From the NCBI GenBank assembly GCA_051866635.1, contig JBJDXJ010000029.1, positions 1 to 39,936 of the forward strand: a DNA stretch of 39,936 nucleotides, given 5' to 3'. Position numbers and translations under genes: made by a program. The first letter of the stretch is position 1; each line of letters begins with the position of its first letter. This DNA comes from Clostridia bacterium (lineage in GTDB: Bacteria; Bacillota; Clostridia; UMGS1883). The notes beneath the pieces are model-generated. The model saw nothing but the letters and a program-made list of their open reading frames with translations. It had not been told where the DNA came from and did no database searches. This document shows positions 26,377-33,972 of the stretch, piece after piece.

Positions 26377-26537
26377 GGCTGTAAAAAAAGTCTCTAAAGA
26401 AATAAGTTAAGACCATTTGGGACAGTCCCCCTTATGGCAAATTGGGAGACAATTTGCCAAAGAAACCTTGCGAGGTTTTGTTGGGACAGTCCCGAAATGG
26501 TCTTTTTGTTATCTCAGTGTTGACTTTTTTTACAGCC
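26377..26537 (+). mobile_element. Copy B (most complete) of the MITE-like element with perfect 16-bp terminal inverted repeats
   Basis: ggctgtaaaaaaagtc ... gactttttttacagcc; internal gggacagtccc twice plus nested hairpins; four copies in the window. Confidence 0.75.
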
Positions 26538-26554
26538 CCTTTTGTGTTGCATCA

Positions 26555-26803
26555 TTAGTTATCGGAGCCGTCTATAAGGTAATCATATGAAACGCTGAAG
26601 ATTTCTTTAATAGCCTGAAGCTCAAAGTCGGTAACGTATCGTTTGTTTGTTTCAATACGGGTTATAACGTTTTTATCCATATCAATACCGATAAGTTGAA
26701 GCTTATTGGCAAGATCCCTCTGGGAAAGACTGTCTCTTTGTCTTAAAAGCTTAAGGCGTTCGCCTATCAGATTTTTACCGTTAGAATTAGTACGCTGTTT
26801 CAT
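26555..26803 (-). CDS. XRE-family helix-turn-helix regulator
   Basis: NLIGERLKLLRQRDSLSQRDLANKLQLIGIDMDKNVITRIETNKRYVTDFEL; GGGTGA RBS. Confidence 0.9.
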   Translation of the reverse strand: MKQRTNSNGKNLIGERLKLLRQRDSLSQRDLANKLQLIGIDMDKNVITRIETNKRYVTDFELQAIKEIFSVSYDYLIDGSDN

Positions 26804-26822
26804 TTTATCACCCGATTTATAG

Positions 26823-26899
26823 TTTGTATCATTTTTAGCATTTTCTATATTGATTTTACTATTGTTAAGTGATATAATCGGTTGTAAAAATGAGACAAA
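26823..26899 (+). promoter_or_regulatory. Sigma-A promoter flanked by a 15-bp inverted-repeat operator pair
   Basis: TTGATT (26850)-17 nt-TATAAT with TG extension; tttgtatcattttta (26823-26837) versus taaaaatgagacaaa (26885-26899), one mismatch. Confidence 0.6.
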
Positions 26900-26911
26900 A
26901 GGGTGATAAAT

Positions 26912-27073
26912 ATGAAAATTACAGATGAAGTCATTGCAAACAAAATGATAAACGAAATTTACGATATAATATGCGATGATAATTTAATAGATATTGAAGC
27001 TGTGGAGGAAATTATATTGGTTTTAAAGAAATATAATGTAAAAACAGAAAATGCAATTGATGAGCATAAATGA
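26912..27073 (+). CDS. Small acidic hypothetical protein (53 aa; not in the supplied ORF track)
   Basis: MKITDEVIANKMINEIYDIICDDNLIDIEAVEEIILVLKKYNVKTENAIDEHK; AAGGGTGA RBS and promoter upstream; divergent from the XRE gene. Confidence 0.6.
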   Translation: MKITDEVIANKMINEIYDIICDDNLIDIEAVEEIILVLKKYNVKTENAIDEHK

Positions 27074-27145
27074 AATTTACCACTGGGGACGGGTTCATTT
27101 TGGTAAAAAATTTGCCAAAATGAACCCGTCCCCAGTGGTAAATTT
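27073..27145. repeat. Long palindrome (REP-like), copy 2
   Basis: aaatttaccactggggacgggttcattttggtaaaaaatttgccaaaatgaacccgtccccagtggtaaattt; same arms as 26266-26334 with one mismatch. Confidence 0.92.
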
Positions 27146-27173
27146 GGTAAATGGTGTTTTTGTTTACACAATT

Positions 27174-27201
27174 AAAAGCTCCCCAAAATCGGGGAGCTTT
27201 T
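27174..27201. terminator. Intrinsic terminator for pckG, potentially bidirectional
   Basis: aaaagctcccc-aaaatc-ggggagctttt. Confidence 0.8.
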
Positions 27202-27213
27202 GTATGCTTAAAA

Positions 27214-28971
27214 TTACTTATTAAGTCTTTCTTCAAGAGCGTTAAGCTGATCGTACAGCTCCTTGGGGAATCTTCCGTCAGTATCGAACTGAGCATAGAA
27301 TTCCTTAATGAGCTTAACTTCGTTGAGCCATACTTCCTTGTCAACGCTGAGAAGATCTTCAAGTGTCTTAGGATCAATGTCAAGACCTTCAACATTGATA
27401 TCCTTAGCATAGGGAAGGTAACCGAGAGCTGTTTCTCTTGCGTCTACCTTGCCTTCGCAACGGTCAACAATCCAGTTAAGAACACGAAGGTTGTCGCCGA
27501 AACCGGGCCACATAAAGTGACCTTCGTCATCCTTACGGAACCAGTTAACATGGAAAATCTTGGGAAGCTTTGTAATCTTTCCGCCCATGTCAATCCAGTG
27601 CTGGAAGTAGTCGCCAACATTGTAACCGATGAAGGGTCTCATAGCCATGGGGTCACGACGTACAACGCCTACAGCACCGGCTGCAGCTGCTGTTGTTTCG
27701 GAAGCCATTGTAGAACCGATGAATGTACCATGATTCCAGTCAAATGCTTCATAGCAAAGAGGAGCTGCCTTTTCACGTCTGCCACCGAAGATGATAGCGG
27801 AAATCGGAACACCGCCTGCTGCTTCAAATTCAGAAGAAATGCAGGGGCACTGTGAAGCAGGAGCTGTGAAACGGGAGTTGGGATGAGCTGCCTTTGTTCC
27901 CATATCAGGAGTCCAATCCTTACCTGTCCAGTCGATGCAGTGAGAGGGAACTTCGCCGTCCAAACCTTCCCACCAAACTGTACCGTCGTCACAAAGGGCA
28001 ACGTTTGTAAAGATAGTATTGCTCATTGTTGTCATAAGAGCGTTCTTGTTTGTCTTTGTGCTTGTACCGGGAGCTACGCCAAAGAAGCCTGCTTCGGGGT
28101 TAACTGCCCAAAGACCGCCGTCGGGACCAATCTGCATCCAGGAAATGTCATCGCCAACAGTCCATACTTTGTAGCCGGGGAAAGCCTCGGGAGGAATGAG
28201 CATTGCAAGGTTTGTCTTACCGCAGGCAGAGGGGAATGCGGCACATACGTACTTAACTTCACCCTGGGGATTTTCAAGACCAAGGATAAGCATATGTTCA
28301 GCCATCCAGCCTTCCTTCATACCAAGGTAGGAACCAATTCTGAGTGCAAAGCACTTCTTACCAAGAAGAACGTTACCGCCGTAAGCAGAGTTAACGGACA
28401 TAATTGTGTTATCTTCGGGGAAGTGAACGATATATCTTTCGTCAGGATTTACATCCTTACAAGCGTGTAAGCACTTTACAAAATCGCCGTCATCGCCAAG
28501 TTCTGCAAGAACTTTTGTGCCAACACGTGTCATGATGAGCATATTAAGAACAACGTAAATGCTGTCTGTAAGTTCAATACCGATCTTAGAGAAGGGAGAA
28601 CCTAAAGGACCCATCATGTAGGGGATAACGTACATTGTCTTACCTGCATAGCTCTTGTCGTAAAGCTTATAGAGCTTTTCGTACATTTCCGAGGGAGCCA
28701 TCCAGTTGTTCATGGGGCCGGCGTCTTCTTTCTTTGTTGTGCAGATAAATGTTCTGTCTTCTACACGGGCAACGTCGTTCTGAGCTGTTCTGTGAAGATA
28801 GCAACCGGGAAGCTTTTCCTGGTTGAGCTTAATAAGCTCGCCTGTGGAAACCGCAATTGCACGAAGCTCTTCAGCCTGTTCTTCGCTACCGTCAATCCAA
28901 ACGATTTTTTCGGGTGCAAGGAGCTTAACCATTTCGTCAAGCCATGCCTTTACTTTTGCATTATTTGTCAT
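27214..28971 (-). CDS. pckG: Phosphoenolpyruvate carboxykinase (GTP)
   Basis: DVARVE.RT, YGGNVLLGKKCFALR, WMAEHM, AFPSACGKTNLAM, VGDDISW, AHPNSRF, RRDPMAM.PF.GYN. Confidence 0.97.
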   Translation of the reverse strand: MTNNAKVKAWLDEMVKLLAPEKIVWIDGSEEQAEELRAIAVSTGELIKLNQEKLPGCYLHRTAQNDVARVEDRTFICTTKKEDAGPMNNWMAPSEMYEKLYKLYDKSYAGKTMYVIPYMMGPLGSPFSKIGIELTDSIYVVLNMLIMTRVGTKVLAELGDDGDFVKCLHACKDVNPDERYIVHFPEDNTIMSVNSAYGGNVLLGKKCFALRIGSYLGMKEGWMAEHMLILGLENPQGEVKYVCAAFPSACGKTNLAMLIPPEAFPGYKVWTVGDDISWMQIGPDGGLWAVNPEAGFFGVAPGTSTKTNKNALMTTMSNTIFTNVALCDDGTVWWEGLDGEVPSHCIDWTGKDWTPDMGTKAAHPNSRFTAPASQCPCISSEFEAAGGVPISAIIFGGRREKAAPLCYEAFDWNHGTFIGSTMASETTAAAAGAVGVVRRDPMAMRPFIGYNVGDYFQHWIDMGGKITKLPKIFHVNWFRKDDEGHFMWPGFGDNLRVLNWIVDRCEGKVDARETALGYLPYAKDINVEGLDIDPKTLEDLLSVDKEVWLNEVKLIKEFYAQFDTDGRFPKELYDQLNALEERLNK

Positions 28972-29146
28972 AATAATTGCATCCTTTCTTGTGTAATATA
29001 TTCACAATGCCTTAATTATACACTAAAAAAATTGTTTTGAAAAGCCTTTTTTGATTAAATTTTTTAAAAAAACATAGAATATTTAAAAGTTTGTCACATT
29101 TAACTAAGAAATCCGCCACCTGTGGACACTTTTTGAAATATTTTTA

Positions 29147-29175
29147 TTGAAAGACGGGGTAAAAAGTAATAAAAT
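29147..29175 (+). promoter_or_regulatory. Putative sigma-A promoter for cca
   Basis: TTGAAA-17 nt-TAAAAT. Confidence 0.55.
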
Positions 29176-29195
29176 ACTATAAGGGGGTGAAAAAA

Positions 29196-30512
29196 ATGGA
29201 TATTCCTTTCTTTGCGATGAAGGTTAAAAACCGCCTTGAAGAAAAGGGCTTTGAGGCATATTTTGTAGGCGGCTGTGTCCGTGATTATATAATGGGCGTT
29301 AAACCTTATGATTATGACATTACGACAAACGCACCGCCCGAGGAAATAAAATGCTGTTTTTTTGATTTTAACACAATTCTGACAGGTGAAAAGCACGGTA
29401 CTGTAACGGTTGTAAGCGATGGTGAAAATGTTGAGGTCACAACATACCGTATTGACGGGGCATATTCAGATTCACGACACCCTGAACAGGTGAAATTTAC
29501 CCAAAACGTTGAAAATGACCTTGCAAGACGTGATTTCACCATGAATGCAATTTGTTTTAACGGAGAATATGTTGATCCCTTTGGGGGAATGAAGGATATT
29601 GAAAATAAATTAATACGCACTGTGGGAAATGCCGATGAAAGATTTTGTGAAGATGCCCTTCGCATTATGCGGGCAATAAGGTTTTCGGCAACATTGGGCT
29701 TTGAAATTGAAGAATATACAAAAAAGAGCATACATAAAAATGCTCATCTTTTAGAAAATATTTCCAAAGAAAGGTTGTATACTGAATTTTCAAAGCTTAT
29801 CATGGGTAAAAATGCGGAAAAGGTGCTTTTGGAATACAGTGACGTGATAAGCGTTTTTATACCTGAAATTAAGCCTTGTATAGGCTTTGACCAGAAAAAC
29901 GATTACCATATTTACGACGTTTACACTCACATGGTGAAAGCTACTGCTTTTGCACCTTTTGTTTTAAATATAAGACTGGCTTCATTTTTCCATGATATAG
30001 GAAAGCCCGACACTTTTACCCTTGACGAAAAGGGCGGACACTTTAAAGGCCACAGCGAAAAATCAAGGGATATAACAGAAACTGTTTTAAAACGCCTTAA
30101 GGTTGACAATAACACCAAAAATTTGGTTACGGAGCTTGTAGCACAGCACCAGAGGAGCATTATCCCCAAAAGAAAATATGTAAAAAGGGTTTTAATGAAA
30201 TTTTCACCTGAATTTTTTGATATGCTGATGTGCCTTATGGAGGCAGACACTCTTGCACATTCAAAAAAAGCCGAAGGCAACCTGTCTGTAATTGAAGAGC
30301 TCAGAAATATTAAAAACAGCATTGTGACCGAAGGCGATTGTGTCAGCCTTAAAACCCTTAATATAAACGGAAACGATTTAATTAAAATGGGCGTGACTGA
30401 GGGCAAAAAAATAGGCGAAATATTAAAAACACTTTTGGAAAAGGTGATTGACGGGGAATTGGAAAACGAGAGAGAAAAGCTAATAGAGGAAGCAAAAAAG
30501 CATTCGGTTTAA
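29196..30512 (+). CDS. cca: CCA tRNA nucleotidyltransferase / poly(A) polymerase family, with HD domain
   Basis: VGGCVRD, DYDITT, EVTTYR, DLARRDFTMNA, RF.EDALRIMRAIRF, FFHDIGKP; RBS favours ATG 29196 (GTG 29187 possible). Confidence 0.9.
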   Translation: MDIPFFAMKVKNRLEEKGFEAYFVGGCVRDYIMGVKPYDYDITTNAPPEEIKCCFFDFNTILTGEKHGTVTVVSDGENVEVTTYRIDGAYSDSRHPEQVKFTQNVENDLARRDFTMNAICFNGEYVDPFGGMKDIENKLIRTVGNADERFCEDALRIMRAIRFSATLGFEIEEYTKKSIHKNAHLLENISKERLYTEFSKLIMGKNAEKVLLEYSDVISVFIPEIKPCIGFDQKNDYHIYDVYTHMVKATAFAPFVLNIRLASFFHDIGKPDTFTLDEKGGHFKGHSEKSRDITETVLKRLKVDNNTKNLVTELVAQHQRSIIPKRKYVKRVLMKFSPEFFDMLMCLMEADTLAHSKKAEGNLSVIEELRNIKNSIVTEGDCVSLKTLNINGNDLIKMGVTEGKKIGEILKTLLEKVIDGELENEREKLIEEAKKHSV

Positions 30513-30531
30513 TAACCGAATGCTTTTTTGC
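30492..30531. terminator. Bidirectional terminator-like hairpin overlapping both convergent stop codons
   Basis: gcaaaaaagcattcggtt-taat-aaccgaatgcttttttgc. Confidence 0.75.
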
Positions 30532-32200
30532 ATAGTTCTTCGTTTATGTACAGGGTATAAAAATTGTTCAGCTTATAGTCGTCGGCAATTAAATAGTTTA
30601 TTTTGCCGCTGTTATCGGTAAAGGTAAATATACCGTCCGACAAGGTGAGGCTTTTGCCGTTTAGTCTCATTACAACATCGCTACCTACTTTGATTGTACC
30701 GCCGGTTTCCTCTAAAAAGGCACGCATGGGGATGTATGTAATGCCGTCTTGCATATACCCTTTCACATTGAGAATTTTTCCTTTATATTTAATGGGGGTA
30801 TTGTTTTCGCTTACAAGAATTACCTTGCAATTATCAAGATGGTAAAGACTTAAAAAGGTTTGGTAAAAGTAACCGTCGTTAAACATTTGCCTTACAGCAT
30901 AGTTTTTGTTGTAGTCAATGTTGTAGTACAAAATGCTTGTATTACGTGCATCCTTTATAGCATCAAAATTTGTTTTTTCAATTTGATAATTTTTACAAAA
31001 TCCCATAAATGTAGGATAAAATAAAGCAAGTGAAAAAATAATCACAATTGATACGACAGGCAAAATAATTTTTTTATGTAAGTGCACTTTAAGGGAAAAA
31101 AGTATTGAAAGAGATGAAATTATAAGTAAAATCACACATGGGAATGCAATGCGGTATTCAAAGGTGTTGGTAGGTATCATAATTACAAGCGATACAATTG
31201 CACCTAAGATAAAAACACAGCTTTCCGATTTGTAAAACACCCAAAGGCACAAAAGAAGATAGCAAAGAAAAACTATAAGTGATGATATGTAAGAATGGTG
31301 AATGTTATGTGTAAGGGTGAAAAATAATGGCATAAAGCCGAAAAGTAAAATAGAATAACGCCCTTTATTTACAAATGCCGGAACCATTGAAATGACAATA
31401 AACAATACTATATGAATTGCAGATGATGTAAACAGAGTTTCACCGAAACGTTGAAGGTCAAAAAGAGATGCAGAAACTTCAGCATGTGCAAAATTTGTAA
31501 TGCGTGACAATGTTGCAGGGGAGAGAAAAATAGTCATATAACCTAAAAGTGCCATAAAGACGGGAGAAAAATGTTTTAATAAAATGTCAAAGGTTTTCCG
31601 TACAGGCAATGAAAAATACAAAACAGCACAAATCATCGCAACGCTTGTTATGCCCCATTGTTCGGTAGTTGCACCTGAAATAAAACATATGAGTAATGTT
31701 AAAAAACCTTTCTTTTTGCAAAGTGTAAGTGCAATAAGAATTAAAAGTGCAGGAAATACATAGTTGTAAAATGCCGATGTCCACATTATTGCTTCACGCA
31801 TAATTTTTGGACTTAAAATATAAAAAGCCGAGTAAAAAAGAAGTAAGTAAATATATAGTGATTTCTTTGATTTGTCAAGACCTATAAACTTTCCGGATAA
31901 TATTCCGATAGCTAAAATAACTAAGGAATGAAAGACCGCCCTTAAAATACGTGGAAGAAACAATGCTGTTTGGGCAAAAAAATGAACAATTGCCCTGCCG
32001 TTAACCGTCTTGAAGTGATTTATTGTAAGGCGGATAAACTCCAAAGGACCTTTTTGCCAGAAGGTGGAATAGTAATAGTCGTCTGACTGAAGTACGGAAA
32101 AGGAAAAAAACACTGCACTGATTAATAACAGCGTTAAAAGAACGGCTCCCAAAGCCGATTTTTCAGGTTCGTTTTTCAGAAAATTTTTCATTTTATGCAT
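30509..32200 (-). CDS. Multi-pass membrane protein, DUF6056 / GT-C-like putative surface-glycan glycosyltransferase, with a C-terminal copper-amine-oxidase-N-like stretch
   Basis: SDDYYY after the first TM helix, NGR.IVH, W.SAFYNY, GATTEQ, LSPATLSR; many TM segments; DGITYIPMRAFLEETGG; GGAGG RBS supports start 32200 rather than 32359. Confidence 0.75.
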   Translation of the reverse strand: MHKMKNFLKNEPEKSALGAVLLTLLLISAVFFSFSVLQSDDYYYSTFWQKGPLEFIRLTINHFKTVNGRAIVHFFAQTALFLPRILRAVFHSLVILAIGILSGKFIGLDKSKKSLYIYLLLFYSAFYILSPKIMREAIMWTSAFYNYVFPALLILIALTLCKKKGFLTLLICFISGATTEQWGITSVAMICAVLYFSLPVRKTFDILLKHFSPVFMALLGYMTIFLSPATLSRITNFAHAEVSASLFDLQRFGETLFTSSAIHIVLFIVISMVPAFVNKGRYSILLFGFMPLFFTLTHNIHHSYISSLIVFLCYLLLCLWVFYKSESCVFILGAIVSLVIMIPTNTFEYRIAFPCVILLIISSLSILFSLKVHLHKKIILPVVSIVIIFSLALFYPTFMGFCKNYQIEKTNFDAIKDARNTSILYYNIDYNKNYAVRQMFNDGYFYQTFLSLYHLDNCKVILVSENNTPIKYKGKILNVKGYMQDGITYIPMRAFLEETGGTIKVGSDVVMRLNGKSLTLSDGIFTFTDNSGKINYLIADDYKLNNFYTLYINEELCKKAFGY

Positions 32201-32222
32201 TTTTTCGCCTCCAACCGCAGTA

Positions 32223-32286
32223 ATGTTACCAAATAAAAATTCTGTTGTCAAGTAAAGTTGACAATAGGGGAAAATACTGTTATAAT
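32223..32286. promoter_or_regulatory. Back-to-back divergent sigma-A promoters
   Basis: Plus strand TTGACA (32258)-17 nt-TATAAT (32281) with TG; minus strand TTGACA (32251-32246)-17 nt-TAACAT with TG. Confidence 0.78.
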
Positions 32287-32316
32287 TAAATAAATATGTA
32301 TAGAGGAAGTGAAGGT

Positions 32317-33414
32317 ATGAAGAAAATTTTACTTGTTTTCGGAACAAGACCTGAAGCAATTAAAATGTGTCCTCTTGTAAAAGAGCTTAAAGAAAGAAAA
32401 AATGTTGAAACCGTAGTCTGCGTTACAGGTCAGCACCGACAGATGCTTGATGCAGTACTTACCGCTTTTTCCGTTGTGCCTGATTATGATTTGTCTATTA
32501 TGAAAGAACGACAAACTTTATTTGATATAACAACAAATATTTTAAATTCCATAAAAGAAATTTTGGAAAAAGAAAAGCCTGATGTTGTGCTTGTGCACGG
32601 TGATACATCCACAACCTTTGTAACGGCACTTGCATGTTTCTATTTGCAGATACCTGTAGGTCACGTGGAAGCAGGGCTTCGTACGTACAATATATATTCG
32701 CCTTATCCGGAGGAATTTAACCGTCAGGCGGTAAGCATTATTTCAAAATATAATTTTGCACCCACACAATTGTCAAAGGAAAACCTTATCCGTGAGGGTA
32801 AAAGGGAAGATAGTATCTTTGTGACGGGCAATACTGCCATCGATGCACTTAAAACTACTGTCAGAGAGGATTATACCCACGAAGAACTTGAATGGGCAAA
32901 GGGTAGCAGGCTTATTACAATAACTGCCCACAGACGCGAAAATTTAGGTGAGCCTATGAGGCAAATGTTCAGGGCAATTAAGCGTATTATTGATGAACAC
33001 AGTGATGTTAAAGCTGTTTATCCTATCCATATGAATCCTGTTGTCCGCAGTGCGGCTCAGGAAATCTTAGGTGATTCTGACCGTATTCACATTATAGAAC
33101 CGCTGGACGTTCTTGATTTTCACAACTTTTTGTCAAGAAGCTATCTTATCATAACAGACAGTGGCGGAATACAGGAGGAAGCACCTTCCTTAGGCAAGCC
33201 TGTACTTGTTATGCGTGACACCACCGAAAGGCCTGAGGGCATTAAGGCAGGCACCTTAAAACTTGTGGGAACAGAGGAAGAGACTATTTACAATGCATTT
33301 AAACTGCTCCTTGAGAATAAGGATGAGTATGAAAAGATGAGTAAAGCCTCTAATCCCTACGGTGACGGTTTTGCATCAAAGAGGATTGCAGATATACTGA
33401 CGGGAGATATTTAA
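32317..33414 (+). CDS. wecB: UDP-N-acetylglucosamine 2-epimerase (non-hydrolysing)
   Basis: VFGTRPEAIKM, TGQHRQML, HGDTSTT, HVEAGLR, HRREN, TDSGGIQEEAPSLG, NPYGDG. Confidence 0.96.
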   Translation: MKKILLVFGTRPEAIKMCPLVKELKERKNVETVVCVTGQHRQMLDAVLTAFSVVPDYDLSIMKERQTLFDITTNILNSIKEILEKEKPDVVLVHGDTSTTFVTALACFYLQIPVGHVEAGLRTYNIYSPYPEEFNRQAVSIISKYNFAPTQLSKENLIREGKREDSIFVTGNTAIDALKTTVREDYTHEELEWAKGSRLITITAHRRENLGEPMRQMFRAIKRIIDEHSDVKAVYPIHMNPVVRSAAQEILGDSDRIHIIEPLDVLDFHNFLSRSYLIITDSGGIQEEAPSLGKPVLVMRDTTERPEGIKAGTLKLVGTEEETIYNAFKLLLENKDEYEKMSKASNPYGDGFASKRIADILTGDI

Positions 33415-33427
33415 GGAGGAAATTAAG

Positions 33428-33919
33428 ATGAATGAAAGAAATAAAGAATTTGTGGCAAAGAAAAACTGGGATTTGTGGCAGAAGGTATTATTTGCAGGTG
33501 TAATTGTTGTTATGATTGCTCTTTTTCTTATCCTTCGTACAATCTGGTGGATGGTTGCATTTTTGTTTGTGCTTGTACTTTTAAGCCTTTATTATATGAA
33601 GAATACTTTTAAGGCTGAATATGCGTATACATTTTCAAATAAGTTTTTGGTGGAAATACTTAAAGCAGGCGGAAAGAGGCAGAATGTGGCAGAATTCTTC
33701 TTTTCTGATATGACTCTTTGCGGCAAGTACAACGAAGAAAATATAGAAAAGGTTAAAAATGTTTCAAATGTTATAGATGCGGCTACAAACAGTAAAGATA
33801 GTGAAGAAACTTATTTTGCACTTTTTGAGCGTGAAGGCGAAGAAAGGCTTCTTTTGTTCACACCTAACGACATGATGATTAGTGAATTGAAGAAACTGGT
33901 AAAATGCAATATTGAATAA
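33428..33919 (+). CDS. Membrane-anchored hypothetical protein (possibly DUF6106-like)
   Basis: Two N-terminal TM helices, EYAYTF motif, LLFTPN near the C-terminus; AAGGAGG RBS. Confidence 0.7.
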   Translation: MNERNKEFVAKKNWDLWQKVLFAGVIVVMIALFLILRTIWWMVAFLFVLVLLSLYYMKNTFKAEYAYTFSNKFLVEILKAGGKRQNVAEFFFSDMTLCGKYNEENIEKVKNVSNVIDAATNSKDSEETYFALFEREGEERLLLFTPNDMMISELKKLVKCNIE

Positions 33920-33926
33920 TTTAAGT

Positions 33927-33957
33927 AAACCCAAAAATTGATTTTTGGGTTTCTTTT
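33927..33957 (+). terminator. Terminator-like hairpin between 33428..33919 and the large GH105 gene
   Basis: aaacccaaaaat-tg-atttttgggttt-ctttt. Confidence 0.6.
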
Positions 33958-33972
33958 GTTGGAGGAGTTTTG

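Noticed and set aside
26377-26537. tRNA-like cloverleaf in the MITE-like element
   Set aside because: No T-arm GTTCRA, D-arm consensus or acceptor-stem geometry.
15516-27073. Prophage or ICE suggested by the XRE genes
   Set aside because: No integrase, relaxase, structural or conjugation genes; core genes are interspersed.
27151-28470. 234-aa and 195-aa plus-strand ORFs
   Set aside because: Antisense shadows of pckG.
32201-32359. 53-aa N-terminal extension of the membrane protein given in the ORF track
   Set aside because: It overlaps both promoters and the wecB start; the RBS supports ATG 32200.
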